45,470 nucleotides of DNA from Parcubacteria bacterium C7867-002 (lineage in GTDB: Bacteria > Patescibacteriota > Minisyncoccia > Phycocordibacterales > PALSA-1337). The stretch spans positions 1-45,470 of the forward strand of contig LFCL01000020.1 of the NCBI GenBank assembly GCA_001189105.1. The letters are read 5' to 3'. Position numbers and translations under genes: made by a program. The notes below the pieces were generated by a model. It was not told where the DNA came from. It did no database searches and saw only the letters and a program-made list of their open reading frames with translations. Below are positions 25,795 to 34,381 of this stretch, piece after piece (position 1 is the first letter of the stretch; every line of letters starts with the position of its first letter).

Positions 25795-27318
25795 ATGTCA
25801 AAAAGAACTATGCAATCCGAATCTACCTCCAAAGCCTTTGGTGGTGAGACAGTGATCCGTTTCGAAGATGTTTCATTCGAACATGGACACAATAAACCGA
25901 TCCTTGATGAGGTCAACTTTACAGTACGTCGTGGTACCAAGGTTACCATCATGGGTCAGAACGGTGCCGGTAAGACTACTATTTTTGGTTTGATTCTCGG
26001 TGATCATAAACCAGAATCAGGGACGATTCATTTGCCCAATGGAACAACTATTGCTACAGCCCGTCAGGTGATCCCTCGTGATCAACTCGAACTCTCGGTC
26101 CGTGATTTCTTCCAAAATTGTTTTAAGGATAAAAAATACGATATCGATCCACGTATCGATGCAGTTTTGGAAGTCGTCAATCTCCACGCGCATAAAGGAG
26201 GTCAGGACATCAAAGATCGTCCGCTCAAAATGTTTTCTGGCGGTCAGCAAGCGCGACTCCTTTTGGCTTCGGCTCTGATTCAGGATCCTGATATTTTATT
26301 GCTCGACGAGCCAACAAACAATTTGGATAAGGCGGGTATCGAACATCTGACTCAGTTCCTCATCGGCTATCAGAAGACCTGTTTGGTTATTTCCCATGAT
26401 GCTGAATTTTTGAATGCCTTTACCCACGGTGTGTTATATCTCGACGTCTATACGAAAAAAGTTGAGCAATATGTCGGTGACTATTTCGATGTGGTACAGC
26501 AGATCACCACTCGTATCGAAAAGGAAAATATGAAGAATGCACAATTGGCCAAAGAGATTCAAGAGAACAAAGACAAAGCAAACTTCTTTGCGATGAAAGG
26601 AGGTCAGATGCGTCTCGTGGCAAAACGTATGCGTGAACGTGCCGAAGAGCTTGAAGAAGAGAAAGTTGATGTACGTAAAGAAGATCGCACTATCAAACCA
26701 TTTACTATTCCTGCTCAGAACGACCTTGTTGGGGAAGTGATTGGTATTTCTTCCTATTCAGTTATTAGTCCAAAGACGCACAAGCCAGTCACTCGTGAGT
26801 GCAAAATCTCATTACGCAAGAAGACACATTTGCTTCTTTCAGGACCAAATGGGATCGGTAAAAGTACGCTCTTGGAAAAAATCGTAAATGGTGTAGACGG
26901 TACTGTCATTGCTCCCGGTATTCGTGTCGGTTACTATCGTCAGGATTTCTCAATGATGGATTTTAACGACACTGTCTATCAATCTCTTGAGAAAATTATC
27001 CGTTCGGTTGACGGACGTTTGATTGAAACTGAACTGCGAGCTGTGGCTGCCAGTTTCTTGATCAATGCAGATACGATCCATACCAAGATCGGCAGTCTCT
27101 CCGAAGGACAAAAAGGTTTGGTGGCCTTTGCGCGTTTGGTACTCTTGCGTCCAGGACTTTTGATTCTCGATGAACCAACCAACCACATTAACTTCCGTCA
27201 CTTGCCGATCATTGCCAAAGCACTCGATGAATACGAAGGTGCGATGATTCTCGTTTCTCACGTCCTGGAATTTGTACAACAGATTCGCATAGATGAGGTG
27301 TTGGATTTGGGTAAATAA
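25795..27318 (+). CDS. ABC-F family ATPase (two ABC domains, no TM domain)
   Basis: Walker A GQNGAGKTT and GPNGIGKST; signatures FSGGQQARL and LSEGQKGLV; Walker B LLLDEPTN and LILDEPTN; charged linker. Confidence 0.92.
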   Translation: MSKRTMQSESTSKAFGGETVIRFEDVSFEHGHNKPILDEVNFTVRRGTKVTIMGQNGAGKTTIFGLILGDHKPESGTIHLPNGTTIATARQVIPRDQLELSVRDFFQNCFKDKKYDIDPRIDAVLEVVNLHAHKGGQDIKDRPLKMFSGGQQARLLLASALIQDPDILLLDEPTNNLDKAGIEHLTQFLIGYQKTCLVISHDAEFLNAFTHGVLYLDVYTKKVEQYVGDYFDVVQQITTRIEKENMKNAQLAKEIQENKDKANFFAMKGGQMRLVAKRMRERAEELEEEKVDVRKEDRTIKPFTIPAQNDLVGEVIGISSYSVISPKTHKPVTRECKISLRKKTHLLLSGPNGIGKSTLLEKIVNGVDGTVIAPGIRVGYYRQDFSMMDFNDTVYQSLEKIIRSVDGRLIETELRAVAASFLINADTIHTKIGSLSEGQKGLVAFARLVLLRPGLLILDEPTNHINFRHLPIIAKALDEYEGAMILVSHVLEFVQQIRIDEVLDLGK

Positions 27319-27342
27319 AAAATCCAAGGTTCAACCTTGGAT
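27317..27342 (-). terminator. hairpin terminator between convergent genes
   Basis: atccaaggt tca accttggat, with the T-run on the minus strand. Confidence 0.6.
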
Positions 27343-27368
27343 GGGTACTGTGGTGTATAGTGATGCGC

Positions 27369-27716
27369 TTAGTGTGTGGCAGGAGAAGGTGATTTTTGCA
27401 TAAGACGAAAGCGTTGCTCGGTATGGTTCGGGTGAGCTTCCCGTTCAAGGACCCCGTTTTCGACAAACGCCCACATCGTATCTTCCATTGCCTGACTGTG
27501 GTTCATTCCGCGGTGTACGATGAGTTGATCGTACACATCCTGCATCGTGTACCACTGTCCGTCAGAAAAGATGTCCAGGATTTCTTTTTCAAGAGCCGTG
27601 TGGAAGAGCTTGGATGTAAAATAGAAGAAACACATGAGGAGCATGGAGATGGCGATAGTTATACATACACTGATTGGGTTCATAGTGCGCAAGGGGTTGA
27701 GTGTTTGAGGTGTCAC
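27369..27716 (-). CDS. membrane-tethered winged-helix-like protein, paralog 1
   Basis: N-terminal TM helix (ISVCITIAISMLLMCFFYF), then EKEILDIF....W.T..DVY..L.......FVENGVLERE....QRFRL. Confidence 0.6.
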   Translation of the reverse strand: MTPQTLNPLRTMNPISVCITIAISMLLMCFFYFTSKLFHTALEKEILDIFSDGQWYTMQDVYDQLIVHRGMNHSQAMEDTMWAFVENGVLEREAHPNHTEQRFRLMQKSPSPATH

Positions 27717-27721
27717 AGGTG

Positions 27722-28063
27722 CTAACGTTTGAGTGGAGGACTATTGTAGTGTCTTTCGGCAGGTTTTGGAGAAATGGAATACATAACACGTGGCCCATTG
27801 CCACCATTGCTTGTGATGATAGATGCTTCCATGTATCTGTTCATGATGAGGTAGAATTCTCTCTCAGAGAGTCGGAATTTGTTGTCGACAGTGAGTGTCT
27901 GGTAAATATCCCGTCCACTCCTTGGGGTATTGTTGTTGAGTGTGGAAACGATGGCCCAACGTATGGCAAGTTCTTTTTCACGAGCACGTCTGGTGAGGTA
28001 GGACTTCGTCAAAAAGAATCCGAGTATACAAATGGGTAACGAAACCAAAAGTACAGAAGTCAT
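27722..28063 (-). CDS. membrane-tethered winged-helix-like protein, paralog 2
   Basis: Same architecture (TM helix, then IRWAIVSTL...RSGRDIYQTL...YMEASIITSNG...RVMYSI). 5 nt upstream of paralog 1. Confidence 0.6.
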   Translation of the reverse strand: MTSVLLVSLPICILGFFLTKSYLTRRAREKELAIRWAIVSTLNNNTPRSGRDIYQTLTVDNKFRLSEREFYLIMNRYMEASIITSNGGNGPRVMYSISPKPAERHYNSPPLKR

Positions 28064-28179
28064 AAGGGTTGTAAGTTGAGTTGTCGAAGTTCAGAATTCT
28101 GAAAATACTGTAGTATGGACACGGAGAGGTGTCAAACAAACCTTCGCTCAGGGTTATGGTGAGGAAATAAAAACGCCTC

Positions 28180-28572
28180 CTATGAATAGGTGGCGTCTGC
28201 ATGTGAAGCCGCAGTGGCTCGCTTCTTATCGTTGTTGAGTCGATACCAGGCATGTCGTAACTGGTGAGGCTCTACGAGTGAGGTGGAAATATCCCGTTCG
28301 ATTTTATGGCAGGCTACCAATTGCTGCAGAAGTTTTTGGTATTCTGTGTACGAGAGGTCGATCCCTTTGTTCTTGAAGGAATGAAAGAGCTCAACTTCAT
28401 CTTTCCATTCATGCTCGGACATTACTTCCTTGCGCATGAGATGGGCCTGCCACAGTCTGTAGTGTTTGAATGCACGAAGTATGAATAACCCTATTACCAG
28501 CAATCCGAAAGGAAGCAGAATAAGGAACAGGTTGAGTGGTGTCATAAAGAGCGCTGTGGGGAATCGTAGCAT
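28180..28572 (-). CDS. membrane-tethered winged-helix-like protein, paralog 3
   Basis: TM helix (LNLFLILLPFGLLVIGLFIL), then LSYTEYQKLLQQLVACHKIERD....HAWYRL. Confidence 0.55.
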   Translation of the reverse strand: MLRFPTALFMTPLNLFLILLPFGLLVIGLFILRAFKHYRLWQAHLMRKEVMSEHEWKDEVELFHSFKNKGIDLSYTEYQKLLQQLVACHKIERDISTSLVEPHQLRHAWYRLNNDKKRATAASHADATYS

Positions 28573-28601
28573 TAAAGAGGCGAGAAGGGTATGATTTTGT
28601 C

Positions 28602-29120
28602 ATGGCATATTGGTTACTCAAATCCGAAGGCAGTTGTTACTCTATCGACGATTTGGCTCGGGATAAACGCACTGCCTGGACAGGAATTCGCAATTTTCAA
28701 GCCCGTAACTACATGCGTGATGGTATGAATGTGGGTGATCAGGCTTTCTTCTATCACTCGAGTGGTACTCCACGAGATCCTTCAGGTATATATGGTATTG
28801 CACAGATTGTCGGCATGGCACATATCGATGAAACTGCTCTTGATCCGAAAGATGAACACTATGATGCAGAGATGGCGAAAGCATACAAAGAAATAAACCA
28901 GGGGCCTGTCCCGCGAAGTCCTGAGCTTGCGAAGGGCATAGTGGGATGGGTTGCAGTCGATATAGATTTTGTAAAAAAGTTTGATACACCAATCCTGCTG
29001 GCCGATCTCAAAAGAGATGCTGCATTGTCTCAGATGTTGGTTTTGCAGCGAGGTCAGAGGTTGAGTGTGATGCCGGTGACGGAAGAAGAGTGGGGGAGGG
29101 TTTTGGAAATTAAAAAATAA
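28602..29120 (+). CDS. EVE domain protein (PUA-like superfamily, THYN1-like)
   Basis: MAYWLLKSEG..YSIDDL......W.GIRNFQARNYMRD.M..GD.AFFYHS...P..I.GIA.I; C-terminal L.LQRGQRLSVMPVT.EEW..V. Confidence 0.85.
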   Translation: MAYWLLKSEGSCYSIDDLARDKRTAWTGIRNFQARNYMRDGMNVGDQAFFYHSSGTPRDPSGIYGIAQIVGMAHIDETALDPKDEHYDAEMAKAYKEINQGPVPRSPELAKGIVGWVAVDIDFVKKFDTPILLADLKRDAALSQMLVLQRGQRLSVMPVTEEEWGRVLEIKK

Positions 29121-29127
29121 ATAGACC

Positions 29128-29136
29128 TGCTATACT
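29128..29136 (+). promoter_or_regulatory. extended -10 TGCTATACT, 8 nt upstream of the helicase ATG (leaderless geometry)
   Basis: Lies in the 24-nt EVE-helicase spacer. Confidence 0.45.
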
Positions 29137-29144
29137 CCTAGCAT

Positions 29145-30899
29145 ATGACCCAATCTTCCGCTTTGTCGTTGCTCAAAACGGGTGCCAACATGTTCATCAC
29201 CGGACCAGCGGGGAGTGGTAAGACGCATTTGATTAATGAATATATAAAGTACTTGCAGGAACATGGGGTTTCGGTTGGGATCACGGCGTCGACAGGGATT
29301 GCGGCAACACATATGGGCGGGGTGACGATTCATTCATGGTCTGGAATGGGAATTCGTAATAATTTTGATGACCGTGATTTGGAAGAATTGGCGGAAAAGG
29401 GGTATGTGGCGAACCGCATCAAAGATACTGCAGTCCTCATCATCGACGAGGTTTCGATGCTGCACCACTTTCGTTTGGATACACTCAATGCGATTACGAA
29501 ACATATTCGCAAAAACGATATGCCGTTTGGGGGATTGCAGGTAGTGTTATGTGGTGATTTTTTTCAGTTACCACCAGTTTCGAAATATGGAGAGCCGGAT
29601 ACGCATTTTATATATCGTTCAGAAGCATGGAAAGAAGGGAAATTCGCCGTCTGTTATTTGTCCGAGAACTATCGTCAAAAAGATGACGCTCATCTCTCTA
29701 TTCTCAATGAGATTCGTTCAGGTGAAGTCTCCGATGGTGCACGTGAAGAATTAAAAAATCGCTATAACAAACGTACGTTGACCACGATTGTTCCGACACG
29801 TCTTTATACACATAACGCCGATGTTGATGCGGTTAATGATATTGAGTTGGGTAAAGTCAGTGGTCCTGAAACCATATATGAGATGAGTTCCAAAGGGAAA
29901 AAGCCACTAGTCGAGGCCCTGAAGAAATCTTGTTTGGCACCAGAGATGTTGCGCTTACGCAAAGGGGCACACGTAATGTGTGTGAAGAATAATTTTGATA
30001 AAGGATATGTGAATGGAACACTCGGCACAATCGTCTCCTGTGGTTTTGGTGTAGACCCTGTCATTCATACGGCACCGACTCCAGAATTTCCGCAGGGCAG
30101 GAGAGTAACGATCGAATCGGCCAGTTGGAAAATTGAAGACGATGGACGGGTCCTTGCAGAGATTAATCAGTATCCATTACGGTTAGCCTGGGCAATCACC
30201 GTGCACAAAAGTCAGGGTATGAGTTTGGATGCGATCGAAGTCGATCTCTCGAAATCATTTGAACCGGGTATGGGATATGTGGCACTTTCTCGTGTTCGTA
30301 CATTGAATGGCCTTACTATTTTAGGAATAAATGAAGCGGCACTGCAGGTGCATCCTGAGGTGTTGGAATACGATCGTCACTTGCGTCAGTTATCAGAAAA
30401 AGCTGAGGCGGTTTTGGCGGGTACTGATAATTCTGATATTCAAAAAGCCCAGGATGAATTTTTGGCAAAAGTTGCTCCACTGTATTCGATGGGTAAGGGA
30501 AAAAAGAAAAAACGTCTGGGAATAGAAAAGGTTTCAACGTATGCAAAAACTGCCAAGCTTGTTCGTAGTCGCGTTTCACTCGGTGAGATGGCTAATGAAC
30601 GTGAGATGACAGTAGAGACGATCATCGCTCATCTTGAACAGTTGGTAGGAAGTGTGGATGAAAGCGAAAAGCTCTCGACGAAAGACATTGAATATTTAAA
30701 ATATGAAATTTCCTCACAACATTTTGGAAAAATTCAAAAAGCCTTGGAAGAGGTGTCGTTGAAACAGAAAGATGGTAAGCCACCCCTACTTTCATCGGTC
30801 AAAAGTAAGGTTCCGGCTAACATTACGTTTAAAGATATACGACTAGCGCGAGTGTTGTTGGGGTATATAGGGAAAGAACACGCATCTTCAGGGGAGTAG
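29145..30899 (+). CDS. Pif1/RecD-like SF1B DNA helicase with a C-terminal helix-turn-helix module
   Basis: Walker A ITGPAGSGKTHL; Walker B LIIDEVSM; CGDFFQLPPV; AITVHKSQGMSLD; GMGYVALSRVR. Confidence 0.9.
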   Translation: MTQSSALSLLKTGANMFITGPAGSGKTHLINEYIKYLQEHGVSVGITASTGIAATHMGGVTIHSWSGMGIRNNFDDRDLEELAEKGYVANRIKDTAVLIIDEVSMLHHFRLDTLNAITKHIRKNDMPFGGLQVVLCGDFFQLPPVSKYGEPDTHFIYRSEAWKEGKFAVCYLSENYRQKDDAHLSILNEIRSGEVSDGAREELKNRYNKRTLTTIVPTRLYTHNADVDAVNDIELGKVSGPETIYEMSSKGKKPLVEALKKSCLAPEMLRLRKGAHVMCVKNNFDKGYVNGTLGTIVSCGFGVDPVIHTAPTPEFPQGRRVTIESASWKIEDDGRVLAEINQYPLRLAWAITVHKSQGMSLDAIEVDLSKSFEPGMGYVALSRVRTLNGLTILGINEAALQVHPEVLEYDRHLRQLSEKAEAVLAGTDNSDIQKAQDEFLAKVAPLYSMGKGKKKKRLGIEKVSTYAKTAKLVRSRVSLGEMANEREMTVETIIAHLEQLVGSVDESEKLSTKDIEYLKYEISSQHFGKIQKALEEVSLKQKDGKPPLLSSVKSKVPANITFKDIRLARVLLGYIGKEHASSGE

Positions 30900-30906
30900 T
30901 TATAAT

Positions 30907-30931
30907 AAAAAAGCGCAACCGAAGTTGCGCT
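30907..30931 (-). terminator. rho-independent terminator (minus strand) for the Clp_N gene
   Basis: agcgcaac cgaa gttgcgct with T6 on the minus strand. Confidence 0.7.
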
Positions 30932-30953
30932 ATGAATACGTGAATTCTTGTTA

Positions 30954-31315
30954 CTAGGGAGTCTTACTAGACTCTTGAAACCGTGGTAGAAGGTGTTCGT
31001 AGGTGATATCCATGCTGTCCAAAATTTTTGCAGCGTCACTGTGACCTTCTTTGAGGATACCCAATAACAGCGCTTCTGCATTGATGCTGTGGCGTCTCGT
31101 CAGTGGTAGACACTCCTGTGCCAGAGGTCGTGAATTGCTAGAGCGTTAAAACCGAAGAGGTCCTTGAAGTGAGTTTCTGTCTCTGGGTGATGACAGATTG
31201 CCAAGAGCAGGTGCTCAACACCGAAATAATTGAAACCCATTTGCAAAGCAATTTCCTCTGCCATTTCAATGATTCGAGCGCCAGCGGGGGTGTATAATGA
31301 TTTGTCGAAGTCCAT
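30954..31315 (-). pseudogene. stand-alone Clp N-terminal (Clp_N) double-repeat protein, interrupted by a 1-nt frameshift
   Basis: Repeat 1 lies in the 31100-31315 ORF (GARIIEMAEEIALQMGFNYFGVEHLLLAI). Repeat 2 (RRHSINAEALLLGILKEGHSDAAKILDSMDITYEHL) continues in another frame to TAG at 30954-56. Confidence 0.7.
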
Positions 31316-31440
31316 TCGTATATCCTTGTTTTTTTGTTGAGGTTATTCATGTGTCACATTAAAACATTAATTGTATATAGTCAAGTAGTGGTAGGTGAGC
31401 TCCATATCAGGTATCTCCGAAGGTAAGCCTTGGGGGAGAT

Positions 31441-31469
31441 TTGACTCTCAATCCACTATCTGCTACTAT
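31441..31469 (+). promoter_or_regulatory. candidate promoter of rpsN to map
   Basis: TTGACT-N17-TACTAT, with TGC directly upstream of the -10. The ~115-nt leader contains the hairpin tcccggg cgaag ctcggga. Confidence 0.55.
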
Positions 31470-31587
31470 CGTCCTTACCTCTCCAAATACCCAGTATTCG
31501 CGGAGTTATCGATTGGAAGTCGTAGATCCCGGGCGAAGCTCGGGACAAAGACTAACCAATCGTCGTTTCATTGTCCAAATTGCCCAT

Positions 31588-31773
31588 ATGGCGAAAACAT
31601 CAGTTATAGCTCGATCAAAGAAGACACCGAAATTCAAGTCGCGTGTAGTTCGACGCTGTTTCCGTTGCGGTCGTAAGCGTGGTTACATGCGAGATTTTGA
31701 TCTCTGCCGTATCTGTTTCCGCGAATTCGCCAATGAAGGAGTTATTCCAGGCATCAAGAAATCATCATGGTAA
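31588..31773 (+). CDS. rpsN: 30S ribosomal protein S14, zinc-ribbon (type Z, 61 aa)
   Basis: [16 protein letters not shown]...[28 protein letters not shown]. Confidence 0.95.
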   Translation: MAKTSVIARSKKTPKFKSRVVRRCFRCGRKRGYMRDFDLCRICFREFANEGVIPGIKKSSW

Positions 31774-32159
31774 CCGATCCTATTTCAGATTTGATCATCC
31801 GCATCAAGAACAGCAGTGCTGCTGGTAATCCAACCGTGGAAGTTTCGTATTCCAAGTTTGCGGAGAATATTGTTCATGCATTGAAAAAGGCTGGTTACCT
31901 CGAATCTGTCGAGAAGAAAGGCAAGCCATTCACTCGTAACATGGTTCTTGGTTTGGTCTATTTTGAAACAGGCCCACGTATTCACGGAGTCGAGCGCATT
32001 TCCAAGCCTTCACGCCGTATATACCAAAAGGCCAGTGATATCCGTATGTACCGCAGTGGTTTTGGTAACACATTTCTTTCTACACCAAAAGGCATCATGA
32101 TCGACGCCGAAGCAAAAAAGCACAAGGTCGGTGGCGAAGTTCTCTTCAAAATTTGGTAA
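31767..32159 (+). CDS. rpsH: 30S ribosomal protein S8
   Basis: [12 protein letters not shown]; 7-nt overlap with rpsN. Confidence 0.96.
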   Translation: MVTDPISDLIIRIKNSSAAGNPTVEVSYSKFAENIVHALKKAGYLESVEKKGKPFTRNMVLGLVYFETGPRIHGVERISKPSRRIYQKASDIRMYRSGFGNTFLSTPKGIMIDAEAKKHKVGGEVLFKIW

Positions 32160-32174
32160 CTTTTCAATACTTAT

Positions 32175-32708
32175 ATGTCACGACTTGCTAAAAAACCTAT
32201 TACTCTCCCCGAGAAAACCGAAGCAACTTATGTCGGAGGCATTTTTACCGTTAAAGGTCCTTTGGGAACTTTGAACAAGACATTTCGTCCTCACGTCAAC
32301 ATTGTGATCGAAGGTAGTTCAATCCAGCTCACTCCAGCTCGTGCATCTCTCGAAACAAAAGCTCTTATTGGTACATACGCTGCTCATATCAAGAATATGA
32401 TCAACGGTGTTAACAAGCCGTACGAAAAGAAGCTCATCATCGAAGGTATCGGTTTCAAGTCAGAAGTAAAGGGAACAGTCCTCAACATGGCTCTTGGTTT
32501 CTCTCACCCAGTCAATGTTCCGATCCCTTCAGATCTCAAGGTAACTGCTGAAAAGAACAACCTCACTATTTCAGGTATTGATCGCGAAAAGGTCGGTCAA
32601 TTCGCAGCACAGATCCGTGCCTTCAAGAAACCGGAACCATATCTTGGTAAGGGTATCCGTTATTCTGACGAAGTTATCCGCCGTAAGGAAGGCAAGAAAG
32701 CCGCATAA
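32175..32708 (+). CDS. rplF: 50S ribosomal protein L6
   Basis: SRLAKKPI.LP......V.GPLG; PEPY.GKGIRY..E...RKEGK. Confidence 0.96.
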   Translation: MSRLAKKPITLPEKTEATYVGGIFTVKGPLGTLNKTFRPHVNIVIEGSSIQLTPARASLETKALIGTYAAHIKNMINGVNKPYEKKLIIEGIGFKSEVKGTVLNMALGFSHPVNVPIPSDLKVTAEKNNLTISGIDREKVGQFAAQIRAFKKPEPYLGKGIRYSDEVIRRKEGKKAA

Positions 32709-32713
32709 ACTAT

Positions 32714-33064
32714 ATGAGTAATCTTCAGAAAAAACAGTCCATATTTGCTCGCCGAAAGGCTCGTACTCGTGCCAAGATTGCTGGTACAGCAGAACGACCA
32801 CGTTTGTCGATCTTCAAGTCGCACAAATATTTGTACGCACAGATTATCGATGATACAAAGGGTCACACCTTGGTATCTGTAGATTCTCGTACTGCAAAAG
32901 GCAAGACACCTGTCGAAAAGGCACAGGATGTTGGACGCGAGATTGCCAAGAAGGCAAAAGCGGCTAATATAACAAAGATCGTCTTTGATCGCGGTGGTTA
33001 TTTGTACACCGGTAAGATCAAGATGGTTGCCGATGTGGCACGTGAAGGTGGACTCGAATTTTAA
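32714..33064 (+). CDS. rplR: 50S ribosomal protein L18
   Basis: RPRLSIFKS.KYLYAQIIDD..G.TL; FDRGGY.Y.G....A...RE.GL.F. Confidence 0.96.
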   Translation: MSNLQKKQSIFARRKARTRAKIAGTAERPRLSIFKSHKYLYAQIIDDTKGHTLVSVDSRTAKGKTPVEKAQDVGREIAKKAKAANITKIVFDRGGYLYTGKIKMVADVAREGGLEF

Positions 33065-33071
33065 TACACAT

Positions 33072-33827
33072 ATGACAGACAAAGATACACAAAAGAATAT
33101 CGAAAATGAAACTGCAGCACCTATGGTCGATGCAGGTTCAGTTGAAGCCGCTATCGGAGCTGATGCTGCTGCATCGGCTCCACTAACGGCTGCAGCTCCA
33201 AACAAGCTCACGCCAGGACGCAAAATGCGTGGTGATACATCACGTCGCAGTGGTCGTCCAAGTGGTGCCCCAGGTTCAAATCAAGCAGGTAGTACCGGAG
33301 GACGTAATGCTGGCAGCAGACGCAGTGGAGGAGATTCTCGCGAGAGAGTGAAGCCAGAATTCGATTCAAAGATTATCGATATCCGTCGCGTAACTCGTGT
33401 TACATCCGGAGGACGTCGTATGAACTTCAGTGTTTCTGTTGTTGCTGGTGATCGCAAGGGTCGTGTTGGTGTTGGTTTGGGTAAAGGGATTGATACTGCT
33501 GGTGCAGTAGAAAAGGCGACTCGTGAGGCTCGCAAGAACGTCATCCGCGTTCCTTTGTCACCACAAATGACCATTCCTCATGCTGTTGAAGCAAAATACG
33601 CAAGTGCCCGCATTATGATTTTCCCAGCTCGCGGTCGCGGAGTTATTGCTGGATCTTCAGCACGTGCCGTTATCGAATTGGCAGGTATCAAGGATATTTG
33701 TGCCAAATTCCTTTCGGGCAGTAAGAATCCTCTCAACAATGCACGTGTTACCATCGCTGCTCTCAATAATCTCGTAAAGATTCCTCGTTCGTCTCTTCGT
33801 CGTAAAGAAGAGTCAAAAGGCGAATAA
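33072..33827 (+). CDS. rpsE: 30S ribosomal protein S5 with a ~85-aa low-complexity N-terminal extension
   Basis: Core RRVTRVTSGGRRMNFSV.VV.GD..G.VG.G.GK. Start at ATG 33072; the ORF-track 32985 overlaps rplR. Confidence 0.93.
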   Translation: MTDKDTQKNIENETAAPMVDAGSVEAAIGADAAASAPLTAAAPNKLTPGRKMRGDTSRRSGRPSGAPGSNQAGSTGGRNAGSRRSGGDSRERVKPEFDSKIIDIRRVTRVTSGGRRMNFSVSVVAGDRKGRVGVGLGKGIDTAGAVEKATREARKNVIRVPLSPQMTIPHAVEAKYASARIMIFPARGRGVIAGSSARAVIELAGIKDICAKFLSGSKNPLNNARVTIAALNNLVKIPRSSLRRKEESKGE

Positions 33828-33838
33828 TTTCCACTACT

Positions 33839-34345
33839 ATGCAAATCCACCAACTTAAACGAAAGACACCAAATACAAAGCGCATGATCGTTGCTCGTGG
33901 AGGCAAGCGTGGTAAGACTGCTGGTCGCGGAGGCAAGGGTCAAAGTGCTCGTGCTGGTAACAAGCGCCGTCCAGAATGGCGCGATATCATCAAGAGACTT
34001 CCGAAGCTCCGTGGACGCGGTGTTAACCAAAACAAATTCATTACCGAACGTGCAGTCGTTGTTGATTTGAGTGAGATTGAAAAGGTGTTTGCTGCAAAGG
34101 ATTTGGTTACTCCAACAACATTGGTTGAAAAGGGTATTGTCTCTACCATGTCAGGACGTATTCCTCCGATCAAAATTCTCGCAAATGGTGAATTGACCAA
34201 AGCGGTCAATGTGTCAGGTTGTTTTATTTCAGGATCCGCCAAGGCCCTCGTTGAAAAGGCTGGCGGTTCAGTAGAAAGTATCATTCCCGTTATCACTCAA
34301 AAAGCAGCTCCGGTCAAAGTCACAGCAGCCACCAAGAAATCCTAA
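33839..34345 (+). CDS. rplO: 50S ribosomal protein L15
   Basis: RGGKRGKTAGRGGKGQ.AR.G; follows rpsE after an 11-nt gap. Confidence 0.95.
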   Translation: MQIHQLKRKTPNTKRMIVARGGKRGKTAGRGGKGQSARAGNKRRPEWRDIIKRLPKLRGRGVNQNKFITERAVVVDLSEIEKVFAAKDLVTPTTLVEKGIVSTMSGRIPPIKILANGELTKAVNVSGCFISGSAKALVEKAGGSVESIIPVITQKAAPVKVTAATKKS

Positions 34346-34381
34346 TACGTGGTATTATCAATGCTATTAATGTAGCTTCCG

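Noticed and set aside
30734-31081. 115-aa minus-strand ORF overlapping the helicase 3' end.
   Set aside because: Its sequence is featureless. The adjacent frame encodes a textbook Clp_N repeat, so this ORF is the wrong frame of the frameshifted Clp_N gene plus read-through into the helicase antisense strand.
31395-31587. ORFs 31395-31676 and 31441-31773, which suggest a longer S14 or a separate gene.
   Set aside because: The 61-aa Zn-ribbon S14 begins at ATG 31588 ([12 protein letters not shown]). The upstream part contains the TTGACT-N17-TACTAT promoter and a leader hairpin.
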